DNA from: Psammoneis japonica
Lineage: Eukaryota
DNA: 64,000 nucleotides
Direction: 5' to 3'
Assembly (NCBI GenBank): GCA_008632985.1
Contig: QPGO01000149.1
Coordinates: 62,001-126,000 of the forward strand
The stretch's first letter is position 1. Each line of letters opens with the position of its first letter. Below are positions 12,701 through 25,292 of this stretch, in pieces. The notes under the pieces were generated by a model. It was not told the DNA's origin. It saw only the letters and a list, made by a program, of their open reading frames with translations, and searched no databases. The translations under genes were made by a program, and so were the position numbers.

Positions 12701-15700
12701 GAAATGTCGCCATTGCCAAAGTATGAAATGCCTAAATCTCCCCCACCAGACGAGCCGTTTGGGAATAAAGTCAGCGAAGTCAAGAAGTTTACAATGCCAC
12801 AATCACCTCCGCCCGATCCGATGTTTGGCAATCCCGTAAATGCAATGCCAAAGTATCGGTACAACGGACCGATGGCTCGCCCTGTCAAGGCGTCATTGGA
12901 TGAACCTAGAGCTGCTACCGACGAGATAGTGTCCGACATGCCGGATTCGCAGAGCAGTAGCATGCCAGTCTCGCTTCCGCCGGATGCTTTATTTGACAAA
13001 CCTGTGAAAGACAATCACGTGCTACCAAAACACAAGGTACCTGCATCACCTCCGCCAGACTCGATACTCGGTGAACGCGTCGAAGAAGTGAATGAGCTAC
13101 CGAGGCGTAGTATGCCCGCCTCTTCACAGAGACCAATGCCAACCGGACAGAGACGGGACATCGCGAAATCTCTTTCACCTGATGCACTTCCGCCGGATGC
13201 TCTGTTTGACGAACGCGTGAAAGCGGTCCACGTGCACCCAAAGCATAAAATGCCAGCTTCACCTCCGCCGGACTCAATACTTGGTGATCCCACCAAAGAA
13301 GTGAAGGAGCTACAAAGGAGAGATATGCCTGGCTTTCCACAGAGATCAATGCCCTCCGGGCACGCGAAATCTCTTCCACCTGATGCACCATTGCTACCTC
13401 CCGATTCTCCGATTCGTCCGATTGTTGAGGGAGCACCAAATTATGTGCTACCAGGGTCACTTGCACCTGATTCACCTAAATGTGATATTCCTTTCAGCAA
13501 TGTTTCTCCGTTACCCAAGAAACCTGTCCCGCTAAGCCCTCCACCTGATTTGCCAAAATGCGACACACCCCTTAGCGGCTCCTATACGGCACCCCGATAC
13601 GTTATGCCAACTTCGCAGGGACAGCCACCTGACGAACTGCTCGAAGCGAATAGAAGTGCTCCAAGAGCTTCGAATAGAATGCCAATTTCAGAGGGGCAGC
13701 CTCCCGACGAACTCCTGGAAGCAAATAGAAGTGCTCCGAGCACTAACAATAGGATGCCAACATCTCCGGGGCAGCTACCTGATGAAGTGCTCGAAGCGAA
13801 CAGGAGTGCTCCGAGCGTTACGAGTAGCATGCCGTCTTCACGAGGGCAGCCACCTGATGAGCAAGGCGGAGGGATTAGAAGTTCCAAGTTGCCAATGAAT
13901 AGAATGCCAACTTCGCAAGGGCAGCCACCTGATGAGCAAATCGGAGGGATTAGAAGTTCTGAGGTGTCAATGAATAGAATGCCAGCTTCGCAAGGACAAC
14001 CACCTGATGAGCAACTCGGAGGGATTAGAAGTTCTGGGGTGTCAATGAATAGAATGCCAACGTCTCCTGGGCGACCACCTGATCAGCAACTCGGAGGGTT
14101 TAAATTGACGGGGTGTCAATGAATAGAATGCCAACGTCTCCTGGGCAGCTGCCTGATGCGCCACTGGAAGAAAATCGAGATTTCCTTGGTCCTGATGATA
14201 TTGGAATGCCGCTACCTAGAAGATTCGTGCCAGCTTCTCCGCCTCCAGACACGCCAAAATGTGATTCGCCGCCACTTAACGCCGAAGGCCTACCAAGGCG
14301 CAAGATACCAGCGTCCCCACTTCCTGATGCGCATTTTTTGCGGGAAGGCAGGTCAATACCGTTGTGGGTATCGCCTGGCACGGATGAGTATCGAGCGTAT
14401 GCGAATGCATTGGCAACAACAAGGGAGCCAACGTCGACGTCGCCGCCGCCTGACTCTTCCCCTCTCTCGCCAGATGATGACGAGGTCTCGGCAGCTCTAG
14501 AGTATTTCTTGACGACGATGGCAAATGACCCTGAGTTTCAGAGATTGAGCTTGAAGCAGCAGATTGCTACCGCGGTAGCTGCTGTGACTGGCGACGGTGA
14601 AGAACATGATGACCTGACTCTGTCATGGGAGGGAACTGCTGATGAAGTCGCACAGTCAAGTACGAGTACGGACATCGGCCAACCCGGGGTATCTGATAGG
14701 GGTGTTCTTCAAGACCAGGCTTCCTTCTTGACTCCCAACGAAGAAATAGTGAAGAGTCTATTCCAGTGGGTAACGACGAGAAGAAATCGGCGAGCATGAC
14801 AGCAACTGAGTTGAAGGAAGTAGTCAAGCCTGTAGAGAAAATGCCAGAAGCAGCCTTCCTTGAATCTGGCAAGAGCGCCGAGGTCGCTCAACAGGGGAAC
14901 GCCGCTACCGAAAAGAGCGACATTGATTCAGCAGATGAGAGCTCGGAATTTTCTTCCGAGGTCGCCACAGACACCAAGGAAACCGTGCCATTGAATACGC
15001 TCGCAGAAGAAGCCGACGAAGAAGACAGAGATGCACCAAGCATGATTCCAGAAACAGTTTTGTCTGCGCGGGATGAGGAGGAATCTGTAAAACAAGAGCT
15101 CGACCACTCATTAGAAGGGAACGAAGCGAAAGCGCGAGTAGAAGTGGAAGCTGTATCAGAGACGGCTCCAGTTGTTGACGATAGGGCCATGGAGACAACG
15201 CCAATAGAAGCCGACGAAGAACCAAGCATGATTCCAGAAACGGTTCTGTCTGCGCCGGATCAGGAGGAATCTGTAGAAGAAGAGCTCGAGCCCTCATTCG
15301 ATGGAAATGAAGCGAAAGCGCGAATAGAAGCGGAACTTGTATCAGAGACGTCTCCAGTTGTTGACGATAGGGCCATGGGGACAACGCCAATATCTGTAGA
15401 GGCAACAAAGGCGCCAGTGGAGTTACCCAGGCCAGTTATTTCAACGGAGGCCGAGTCTTCACGTGACTCGAGCATGGATTCTCTTGACGACGAATTGACA
15501 GCCTCATCGACTGCCGGTGAGAATCGGCAAGTAGATGCGGAGGGATCAAAAGCTAAGGTAGTTTTGGAGCCTCCGAAGAATGCCGAAACGCCTCCCACGC
15601 TTGACAGTGCCTCGGACAAGAGTAAAATGCCGTCACCGAAATCAAGCAAGCCGAAGATGTCTGTTACCGAGAAAGACATTGGACAAGCATTGCCCACCAA

Positions 15701-16309
15701 TAGCAAGAGCACAACAGACTCGGCACCTGCATTGGAGTCTGCAAACGAGAAGGATAATGTCGTAACGAAGAAGTCGGCTCCTGCAGCTCAACGGGATTTC
15801 AAAGGCATCAAACCTCCCCTTGTAACTGATGAAAGTTCTCAGGAAATCAACAAAGGCACCAAGATGGAGAAGAAGCAGGTCATGTCATCGGCAGAGCCGG
15901 TTCAAAACAGTAGCAAGCCCTCGGCTACAGGTGTTGGATTCGGCAAGCCGAAGAAGCTGACACCACCATCCGTCAAATCAGTAAAGAAAGACAAGAAGAA
16001 GACTATGGCTAAAAATAAGCTCGAGAAGGAGGTTGGACAAAGCGAGGAAAAGGGCGCAAAATGGAAGCATCAGTCACTGGATCTAATGTAGAAATGGAAG
16101 CTCTCGAGGCAGAGGATACTTCAGCGTTGGCCGACAGTGAAAAGGACGAAGAGCAGGAGCAGCCATTTGCTGATCCTGTAAAGGAAGTGGAAAAGCTGTT
16201 TGAATCAATTTCAACCGTCTTTGGAAGCAGCCCAGAGAAGAAAAAGAGTCCTGCTGCAGCTGCGGTTCAGGCGTCAAAAGAAGCTAGCACCGATAAATCT
16301 GATGAGTGA
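9771..16309 (+). CDS. Giant Pro-rich repeat protein with predicted plastid presequence (~2100 aa if frameshifts are corrected)
   Basis: ATG 9771: MSKWWSFALAALLFLEASQPLDA-FVP (signal peptide + ASAFAP-like site). Overlapping + strand ORFs (10160, 11206, 12641, 14113, 14766, 16061) have continuous composition, and those to 14799 share the PxS[LP]xPD motif. Confidence 0.65.
13604..14160 (+). repeat. Coding tandem repeat, 75-bp unit, ~7.5 copies
   Basis: Units encode MP[TSAI]S[QPE]GQPPDE...NR (25 aa), starting at about 13604, 13679, 13754, 13829, 13904, 13979, 14054 and 14128. Confidence 0.9.
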
Positions 16310-16948
16310 GTAGCTCTTGCAGACTTGCATCAAGTCAGTTTTTCAAAGATCGACGAACTGCTCGCATGCAAATCCGATGGGACTGGCGTGGGCGATCCCG
16401 ACGACGTGGGTATATTACATTTTTGTTGCATTGTCGCTGCTACCAAGTCATGTGGGGGATACTGTAGTGGCTATTCTTAGTTTATGAAAATAAATCTGGG
16501 GAAGTAGGGCCCTACTTCTACGGTACTTTCCACAGCTCTCCGCGAGTTGTGGCGGCAGCTAATCTTCAAAAATTAATATTATTATCATTTGTTTATATCT
16601 AGTATAGCCACGTCACTATCAATAATTCTGTACTGAAGAGCCTATGACAAATCTGTACATGCGAAAAATTGTACGTTGGAAAGCGCCAACGAGATAATAA
16701 CGGCTTTCTTAAAATGCTCGCGCTCCTTCAAATGATAAAACATAAAGTGTTTTAAATAGTTCAATGAGATAACGTTCATTTATCGCTATTTGGAATTCGT
16801 GGTTGCCGTCTGACGTAGACTGACTCAGAGTGATGCGAATTGCGAACACCGAAAATCCAAACGACTTTTTTTCTTTTTCCGCCGCTCTTGATGTTTGTGA
16901 CAACAGAAGAAAGCATCCAACAAGAGCCGAAAACACACCCTGAACAAG

Positions 16949-19900
16949 ATGGGGCGATGGTCCTATGCCCTCAAAGCCCTCTTGGTGCTTCTGGCGTCCC
17001 AGTCGTCAGACACGTTTGCGCCACAATGGTGGCAGTGGCGTCGCGCACATACCAAAGGATCCATCGGAAGAACCTATACCGATTCTCTTTCGAAAGAAGA
17101 ACAAGATGCGGCACATCGTTATGACGGAATGTACGATTACAGCACACCAGCCTTGGCCCAAAATGATGCCTTTGGTCGTCCTATCGATCGAAACAAGGAG
17201 TCGGAGGGCGACAAAATCTACGAAATGTATGCGGAAGCATGGAAGACTGCAAACAGTGAGCTGTCGTCGGACGCTCCTCGAAAGGAGGACCCTCGCGAGT
17301 CAATCGAGTCCCAGAACGCGGCATGGTCCAAAAATTCAATGGGTGCACAAAGCACCAGTGGTTCTCAGTATTCGTATACTTACGATCCGAGTCAGAACGC
17401 TGCTAAAGATGTTACGACCATCACTAGCAGCGAAACGTACAATTCTGCTGCGTATGCTGGGAACACCGATAGCGGGACCGCCGCTGCAAGTACAACCGGT
17501 GCTATTGGTGGTCGTGGAGAAGACGTATCCAGAATGACGGAAAGCGCTTGGAATGCTGCTAGTGGTAGTTTGTCTACAGACTACCAAAAGGAGGCTCAGA
17601 AATGGCCAGACACGCCGAGCGGGACGTATGGCAGCACGCCAGGAGCTACCCAAGGTTCAGAATCGGGGACCATTTGGAATGCCTACAACAGTGCAGGTGG
17701 GTGGCGAAGCACAGAGAATAAGGCAGATGATCGGATGAACACAGACATTGACCTTGGAAAGTTCAGTGGGGGGATGAATTCTACCGATCCACTCAGCTCA
17801 AGTTATTCGAGCACAACACCAACTCCTCCAAGCAGAGAGTCAGACGACTCAAAGTACAATACTCCAACATGGACTCAAGAGGCTGGTGCTGGAATTCCTG
17901 GTTCTGCTCAAGGACTATCTGGCACCGATCCACTAAGCTCGTCCCCTCAAAGTGCAGGAGGAACTTCAACAGAGCCATCAAACTCCATGTACAGCATGCC
18001 TTCTTGGAGTGCTCAAAGCACTGGGATAGGGAATAATGAAGGTCCTCAAGATATCTCTGGTCGAAGCACCGATGAACGGACGCATACGCACCACATGACC
18101 GAAGGTGGAATTCTTGGAGGCGATCCACTCAGCAGCTCGGCACCTCCTGCTCCGTCTACAATGCAGTCAAGCAACTCGATGTACGATACGCCAACGGAGG
18201 GTCAGAACGGTGGAGCGTGGAATGCTGAAACGCCTCAGGATAATTCGTACCCAGGCATTGGTGATGGAACGCAGACGCATGTGCAACCCATGGCCGAAGG
18301 AGGGATGGGCTCGACGCCTCCTAGTACTGCTCACGCTCCAATGCAGCCAGACAACTCAATGTACATCAAGCCATCTAGCCTGGGTACCCCTGATCAGTTG
18401 AAAATGCATACGCACCCTATGACCGGAATGGTCAGAGGCGATCCACGCAGCTCGGTACCACAGAATGCTACTTTTTCTCCAAATCAGCCAGGTGGCCGTT
18501 GGTATGATACACTGATCGAGGATCAACATGGTGAATCGGGAAACACTGAGCCTCCCCAACCAAGTTTGGACAGCGGCGTCAACGATCAAATGATGGGAGG
18601 CGGAACGGTTGAGAACGATGCATACAAACCTGTTTCACCGACGTACAACGCGCCAGCAGGGGATCCAAGCGCTGGAACGTACAATACGGGTGATACTTTT
18701 AGAGGTCGAATGCAAGACACGCCTAGTGCAAACAGCTATGCAAATACGCTTTTGAATCCAAACATTCAGTATCACTATGACGGAGGCAGCGGAACTTACG
18801 ATCCACCAGCGAGGACTCGTCATCCGGAGAGAAGGGCGTTGGAGAAACCGCGCAGGAGCAAAGAAGCTCAAGCCCATGACGGAAGCGACAGATTTCAAGA
18901 GTCGAGAGGGACCTCAGAGTCTCCTCGCCGCAACCGAGAACCCGAGCCCCAGGCCTACCGAGGCGACGAATCGCAAGAGACCAAGGAACCGCCTCGTCGT
19001 AGCACTGTGCCTCGTGGAGTAACGGTAGAGGAACTTGAAGCCAAGCTAATGGAACAGAAAATTCATCGGGCGAAAGCACTAGTAGTGATTCGCTGAAAGA
19101 AAGTAAGAAACCTGGTGGAGAAATGCATAAAGTACCCGTGTGGGCTCGAACACCCGATGTTACTGGAGAGAGTGATGAAGAGCCGATCTCTACACGTAGA
19201 CATGAAGTTGACAGGAAAAACCTCGTTGAGTATAGAGCAAGCCGTGGACCCGATACCAAACCTGTTTGGGCTCGAACACCTGATGTTACTGGAGAGAGTG
19301 GTAACGAGCCCAATGCCGATACCGGAGGAGATGAAGGTGACAGAAAAGACCTGGTTGAATATAGATCAAGCCGTGGACCTGCCGCCGCGAGTCAAAATCC
19401 AGATTCCGGAAACTCTTCTAAAGGTGATTCTCTTTCCGAGAGCCAACGTTTTCCTGGTATTCGAGTAATGGAAGATGACGGAATTGGTAGGATGCCTTCA
19501 TGGGTAAGGGATGGCGGTGGGGAAGAAGGCGACAAGCCTCCGGAGGGGGCAGTAGCCCAAGGTGACGATACCGCTGGTGACAGCATGGAAGGCGGTCCAT
19601 CGCAAAAGATGCCTTCGTGGGCACGCCGTACTGAAACCGATAATGCTGGGGCAGACAATCCAAATATGCCGCAATGGGCAAAAGAAACCCTCCGAGGAAA
19701 AAACTCAGGACAGGCCAGCGAAGCGTCAATGCGTGAATCGGGCGACGGCACTTACACGAAACCATCGTGGGCGCAAAGTTCCGGCCCGCCGATCGACGGA
19801 GAGGGAGATTCTCAAGGCTTGGATCATTCGCAGACGGAAGAGGGTCCAGTTCCTGACGCAGGAAGTAGCTTTGGCGAGCTAAGTGCGGCACCGTATCAGT

Positions 19901-22403
19901 CTAGCGGAAAGGGAGACATGCAGAATATGCCGCAGTGGGCCAAAGAAACCCTTCGAGGAAAGAACTCAGGACAGTCCGGAGAAGGAGCAATGCGTGAGGC
20001 GGGTGACGGCACTTACACAAAACCAGCGTGGGCTCAAAGTTCTAATGCCGGTAGTGTCGGAGACGGAGGCACCGCAGGACCGGAGGAAGCTACTTCAGGA
20101 GGGAGTCAAAATTCCGAGATCATAGATAGTAGCTTTGGCGAGTTGAGTGCGGCACCGTATCAATCAAGCGGGAAGGGAGACATGCAGAATATGCCGCAGT
20201 GGGCCAAAGAAACTTTGCGAGGAAAGAATTCGGGACAGGCTGGTGAAGGGTCAATGCGTGAGGCGGGTGACGGCACTTATTCAAAACCAGCTTGGGCACA
20301 GAGTCCAGATGCTGGTAACGCCGTAAACGGAGACTCCGGAGGGGCGCAGAAAAAGGCAGAAGGAGTCGCACTACAGCATGCCTCTTCCCAGTCTGGAAAC
20401 GTAGGCGCAAAGAGTGGTGCGAAAAAGAGGCCACCGTGGGCAAAGGAACCCGGTAGTGAAAAAGCAAGCTGGGCAGCAAGCAACGGAAAACCCAACATGC
20501 CGGCCTGGGCGCAGAAGTCTATTATGGATTATAAACCGGAACAAAGATACTCGGGTGGCGGCTACTCGATACCGGACTGGGCTCGGAGTAGTGGCGGCGT
20601 CCAAGTTGATATGAGTGACCTTGAAGCCTCGGGTGGGCAAAGTGCTGGTGGCAGCTATGGCACGATAAATGGCGACACAACCCAGGACATGTCGCCACAG
20701 GGAAGAAATAATGATGTCGCAGGAGCCGAGCGCGTGAAAAAGGGCGACAATATGCCTTCATGGGCGCGAAAAAGCGAGAACGGCAAGACTGGAGGCTCTC
20801 AAACGATGCTGGCGCCCAATATGGTGGCGGTGAAATGCAAAATATGTCGGCATGGGCTCGCAGCTCTGGCGAAAGCATCACCCCTGGAAGCTCTAGTCCA
20901 CGAAAAACAGAGAAGAAAGCAGTTTCACCTCGGAACGCTGGTGAAGTGAATGGTTCAGGGGACAACACTCAGAATGTTCCAGCTTGGGTGCAAAATGGTG
21001 GTGGCGGCGGCGCCGGCAAGAGTGGTGGGGAATCTAAACCATCCTGGGTTCGAAACCCTGTCGTTGAGGACACTCGTTCTCAAAAGGAAATTCGTAGCAA
21101 GGGTGATTATGGGAAACTCCAAGACGCCACTCAGGCTCGAAAAGAGGCAGAAAAGCGGAAGAAGGAAAGCAAGGTCCATATGATGCCAGCGTGGTTTTCA
21201 AAGGTGCAAAATCGCGAGGAAGAAGAGGATGAGGTGTCAGCGGCTTTAGAATTTTTCATGAAGAAAATGGCGAATAACGAAGAATTCAAGAAAATGAGTC
21301 AACAGGAGCGCATCTCTCTTGCAGCTGCAGCTGTGATGGAGGAGAAAGAGCGCAAAAAGGCGAATCCAAAGCAAGCGAAGAAAGTGACGGAACCCAAAGA
21401 AACAAAGACGGTCACCAAGGCCCTGAACAAAATATCGGAAACGTTGCACTTGTTTGGAGGTAAGGACAAGAAGACTTCGTCGATTCCAAAGAAGCCCAAG
21501 AAAATAGAGCCGAAGCAGGACTATGATATTGATGTGTTGGCGGGTGTGCCAGAGACTCCCTCTGTTGCGTCTGAGCCAGAGAAAACGGCGCCGAAGCCCT
21601 CAGACCCTAAAGAAAAGATTGCGGCTCTACAGACGAAGAAATCGAAAACCGCTGTGCGTGGTACTATGAAGGATAAGAAACCAAATAAATCTTTAGTCGA
21701 ACATGCCAAGGAACCAGAGCCGATGAGGAAGCTAGCGAAAATCATTGCTGAAAAGGACTCAAAGAAAGCTGTTAGAAGCAAGAAGCCACCTGTGTCAAAG
21801 GTTGAACCGAGGAAGCCTGTGAAGAAGCAACGGAAAGATGTCGAGCTGACCCTGTCGTCCTCCACTAGGACTACAGAAGAAGAGAAACGAGGAAAGCGAA
21901 AGGAAACGAGAAAACGAGTAAAGACCACATCAGAACCCCGTGCCGTTAAAAAAGTTCCAAAGACCCCGCCTAAGTCACCAAGTTCAAAAAAGAAACCGAC
22001 GACTATGGGTCCAACGTCGCAGGAGGCAAGAGAACTAGCTTCATTGATGAAGTCCATCTCAGCTGTTCTGGGCGTCAGCAACGGAAGACCCACAAGGCCG
22101 GAGAAGAGCAACGTCAACGGAGAAACTGAAGGCGTTAACAAGGACGAGAGTCAGAGGGCTGTTCCAAACAATGTCGAGAATGCGAGGAAGGAAGTGCCAG
22201 AGTTTGTTGAAATCGACATGCACTCCAATGATATTGATTGCGCACGCTTCGCTGAAGAATGGTCATCAATTAAATACGAAGTGGCCGTCGACCCCGAAAT
22301 GTTCGATGAGCTCGCCGAGGAAGGAACTTCAGCATCTGATGGGAATGATAGTGGCAGTCTAGGTTGGCGTTTCTCGCGAAATTGGGGCTCCTTCTTCTCG
22401 TAG
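16949..22403 (+). CDS. Giant low-complexity protein with PxW[AV][RKQ] repeats and predicted plastid presequence (~1800 aa if frameshifts are corrected)
   Basis: MGRWSYALKALLVLLASQSSDT-FAP presequence; ORFs 16949-19096, 19123-20949 and 20760-22403 joined by frameshifts near 19050 and 20800; near-identical ~260-bp internal repeats at 19660-20300. Confidence 0.7.
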
Positions 22404-22617
22404 TACTACCAACGAGGTCAGATTCGTGGGCCGCATCAGCTATGTACAATGTGACTTTGGCACCGACTGGGATGGAGGGCTTCAAGTCAAATTACAATGA
22501 ATTGTACACTCATACATTTATAAAGCGAATAGCGCAACTTACTTCCATACCGGTACGATTTAGTCGCTCTGCAAAGAATTCATCTACCTGGCGATCTCGT
22601 AGGCAGAACTCGAAGCA

Positions 22618-23836
22618 CTACTGATGCTTAACAACAGTTACCTTTCCTCCTGACAAACCAGACTGGATGAGTGCATCAACAAAAGCCAGATCTGCCAACG
22701 CACTCTTTGCAGAATTGCAATCATAGTCATGGGATGAATCTGCGTCGTTGGTGCCGCCTCGATTGAGAGGTTCTCCACAACAAAGACAAGCAAACTCCAA
22801 GAACTCCCGCTCTACACCACCAAACTCAAAATGTTCATCATTGCTACTCAACGTCACGCAATACCCCGGCTTTCCAGTGAAACAACGCTTCAACTGTACG
22901 TTACCCTTGGATCCGGTAACATTGAGTTCCACCAATCCATCCCGGCTTGCAAAGGTTGCTGAAATGACGCCCATGAGTCCATTGTCAAACTGAACTTGGG
23001 CAACCATGGTGTCATTGCCTACAATATGACTTGCATGACTACCAAAGGTTGCAGACACTGTCTTGGGGGGTGATGGAGCCACCAGTCGTATCCCGGCTGC
23101 ACCGTGCACAAGCACGTCAAGAAACAAACCAGCCTTTTCGCCACCCCAAGACGATGGGTTGGCTCGCCAACTTGTCTGCAAGTACTTGTTGGAGGGATTC
23201 ATTGGTAAATGCATTGCCAAGGAAAGAAGCAACGGCGACCTTGGTAGGGATGGAATATGAGACGGTTGTAAGCTACAAGAGAACAAGCAACAAAGTACCA
23301 ATTTGCTATCCTATCCGACAGTCCGACAGCTCTTACCCAAATGCATCTTTATCAAGGACCGCCTTTGCAACGCTCTGCCAAGCCGGTTCGTACCGATAAT
23401 TTTCTGCAACACACCAGACGAGTCCTTTAGGCTTGTAGTTTGTTTCATACAATTCTACTAATCGGCATGCTTCCTCTACATTCGGAGCAATTGGCTTTTC
23501 ACTGAGTACGTGCTTGTCGGCTTGCAATGCCTTGAGAACAAAGTCCGGTTGTACATGAATCGGAAGAGCCACAATTACTGCATCCACGTCAGACCTTGCC
23601 AAAAGGAGACTGAAACCCTCATCACCTCCATAGGCTATTACAGTCTCGCCCATTTGGTTAGCAAGTATCTGTGCCGACTCGTTTCGTCGCGACCAAACGG
23701 CGACACATGTAAACACCTTTGCATTTGCTTTTAGCACCGGTGCATGGGCTTGTGTAGCAAAAATTCCAGCTCCAACCATGGCAACACGGAGTGGTTTGGG
23801 ACTCTTCTGTTTTCTTCCTTGTTGTAGAGATGTCAT
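22618..23836 (-). CDS. Gfo/Idh/MocA family oxidoreductase; exons 23836-23337, 23239-22618
   Basis: LRVAMVGAGIFA Rossmann motif, KHVLSEKPIA, VAENYRYEP, LFLDVLVH; GT-AG intron 23336-23240 keeps the frame. Confidence 0.88.
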
Positions 23837-24075
23837 GGTTGCTTGTAGTAGTTTGTAGTCCACGCACTGTCCTCTGGAAGAAATCAAAAGCATGCCGCCG
23901 CCAGCATGCAGAATGCCGCCGTTTCATTTTTTCGATCTTGATGTCGGAGGGATCTTTTCTACGGTGATTTTCTACCACTGACCTGTAGAAAAGATATCCC
24001 GCACGTGACCTTTGGCTCGCGAAAAACTGCACAGAACACCGACCGACGAAGAAACAACGGCTCAACATCAGCATC

Positions 24076-24438
24076 ATGGAGGCACTCAAGAAAGCGGCAA
24101 CAGGCACAGTCAAGGCTGTCAACAGCGTGTTTGACTCGGATGAGGAGGAGAAAGAGAAGAATAACAAGAAGGATAAAAAATTAAAAAAGAAAAAGGGATC
24201 CAAGAAGAAAGATGAAGAGAGCGACGACGACTCGTCCATTGATTCCGAGGACGTGGAGCTCGCCGCGGATATTACCGCCGATGTGTTTACCGGTGGAATG
24301 TATGGTACCGTGACGGGTGCTATCGAGGCATATGAAGCTGTGGAAGAATATCAAGCTGCCCAAGAAGAGGAGAAAAAGAAAAAAAGAGGAGGAAAAAGAC
24401 GAAGAATAATGCCGGCCAACAACACAAGTGCACCTTGA
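24076..24438 (+). CDS. Small charged low-complexity hypothetical protein
   Basis: 120-aa ATG ORF with coding-like K/E/D composition; no family recognised. Confidence 0.55.
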   Translation: MEALKKAATGTVKAVNSVFDSDEEEKEKNNKKDKKLKKKKGSKKKDEESDDDSSIDSEDVELAADITADVFTGGMYGTVTGAIEAYEAVEEYQAAQEEEKKKKRGGKRRRIMPANNTSAP

Positions 24439-24832
24439 ACCTTGATGGACGACGACTCAGTGCGCCATGGTGACTTATCATGATTAATGCCGTATGTAGC
24501 AACTGAAACATAGAAGCACCGGATGAAAGAATAGAGTACTGTTGACATTTTCATGGCCCGTTTGGGTTGGACTATTCCTGCCATGCTAACCGATTCATGC
24601 TCAAATGCAACGGGTTTGTCTTTGCATACTGTTGACGCTATCCCGCAGTCAATGGTAGCATGGCTGCGGAGTGACGTGAGATGCATTCCACAGCATGTGT
24701 ACTAGGGACACTTTCTTTTCTTTGGATTGGTATCTCTAGAGTCCACGGTGATATTTCTTATCGATTGTGTTGGACAGGAGTCGATGGAGCTTGGAAACCA
24801 ACAGACATAACAGGTGATTGTTCTACAGCAGC

Positions 24833-25046
24833 TTTCTCCCTCCAACTACCCAGCCAGCAGATATGGTCACGGTTTTGAAGAGCAATCCAATATACCTGTT
24901 TCTCCTTCTCCCTCCAACTAACCAGCCAGTAGACCACGGTTTCGAAGAGCAATCCAACCCCTTTTTCTCCTTCTCCCTCCAACTACTCGGCCTGTAGATA
25001 TGGTCACGGTTTCGAAGAGCAATCCAGTATACCTGTTTCTCCTTCT
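24833..25046. repeat. Intergenic tandem repeat, ~70-bp unit x3
   Basis: Recurrent TTCTCCCTCCAACTA...CACGGTTT[TC]GAAGAGCAATCCA. Confidence 0.85.
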
Positions 25047-25292
25047 ATTACCAGTGAAAGCCCGGCTTGAGTAACAAACGTATTCATGTCAAACAGAAGT
25101 AGCAAAAATTACCTAATGCTCAAGACCAGAGGTATTGAGACGTCTCGTGACATGTCTCTTCTTCACAGATTCACCGCGTCTCCCCAACTGGTGTCTCCTT
25201 CCCTGCCATAGCCACTTAGTGATATGATACTCTCTACACGCACATCTCGTTCTACGGTCTTATTACAAAAGTTTCTCCACTTTTTATAAAGT

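Noticed and set aside
10204..22141. Long antisense ORFs opposite the giant repeat genes
   Set aside because: Shadow ORFs expected opposite low-complexity coding sequence.
24833..25046. CRISPR-like array
   Set aside because: Degenerate tandem units with no unique spacers, eukaryotic context, no cas genes.
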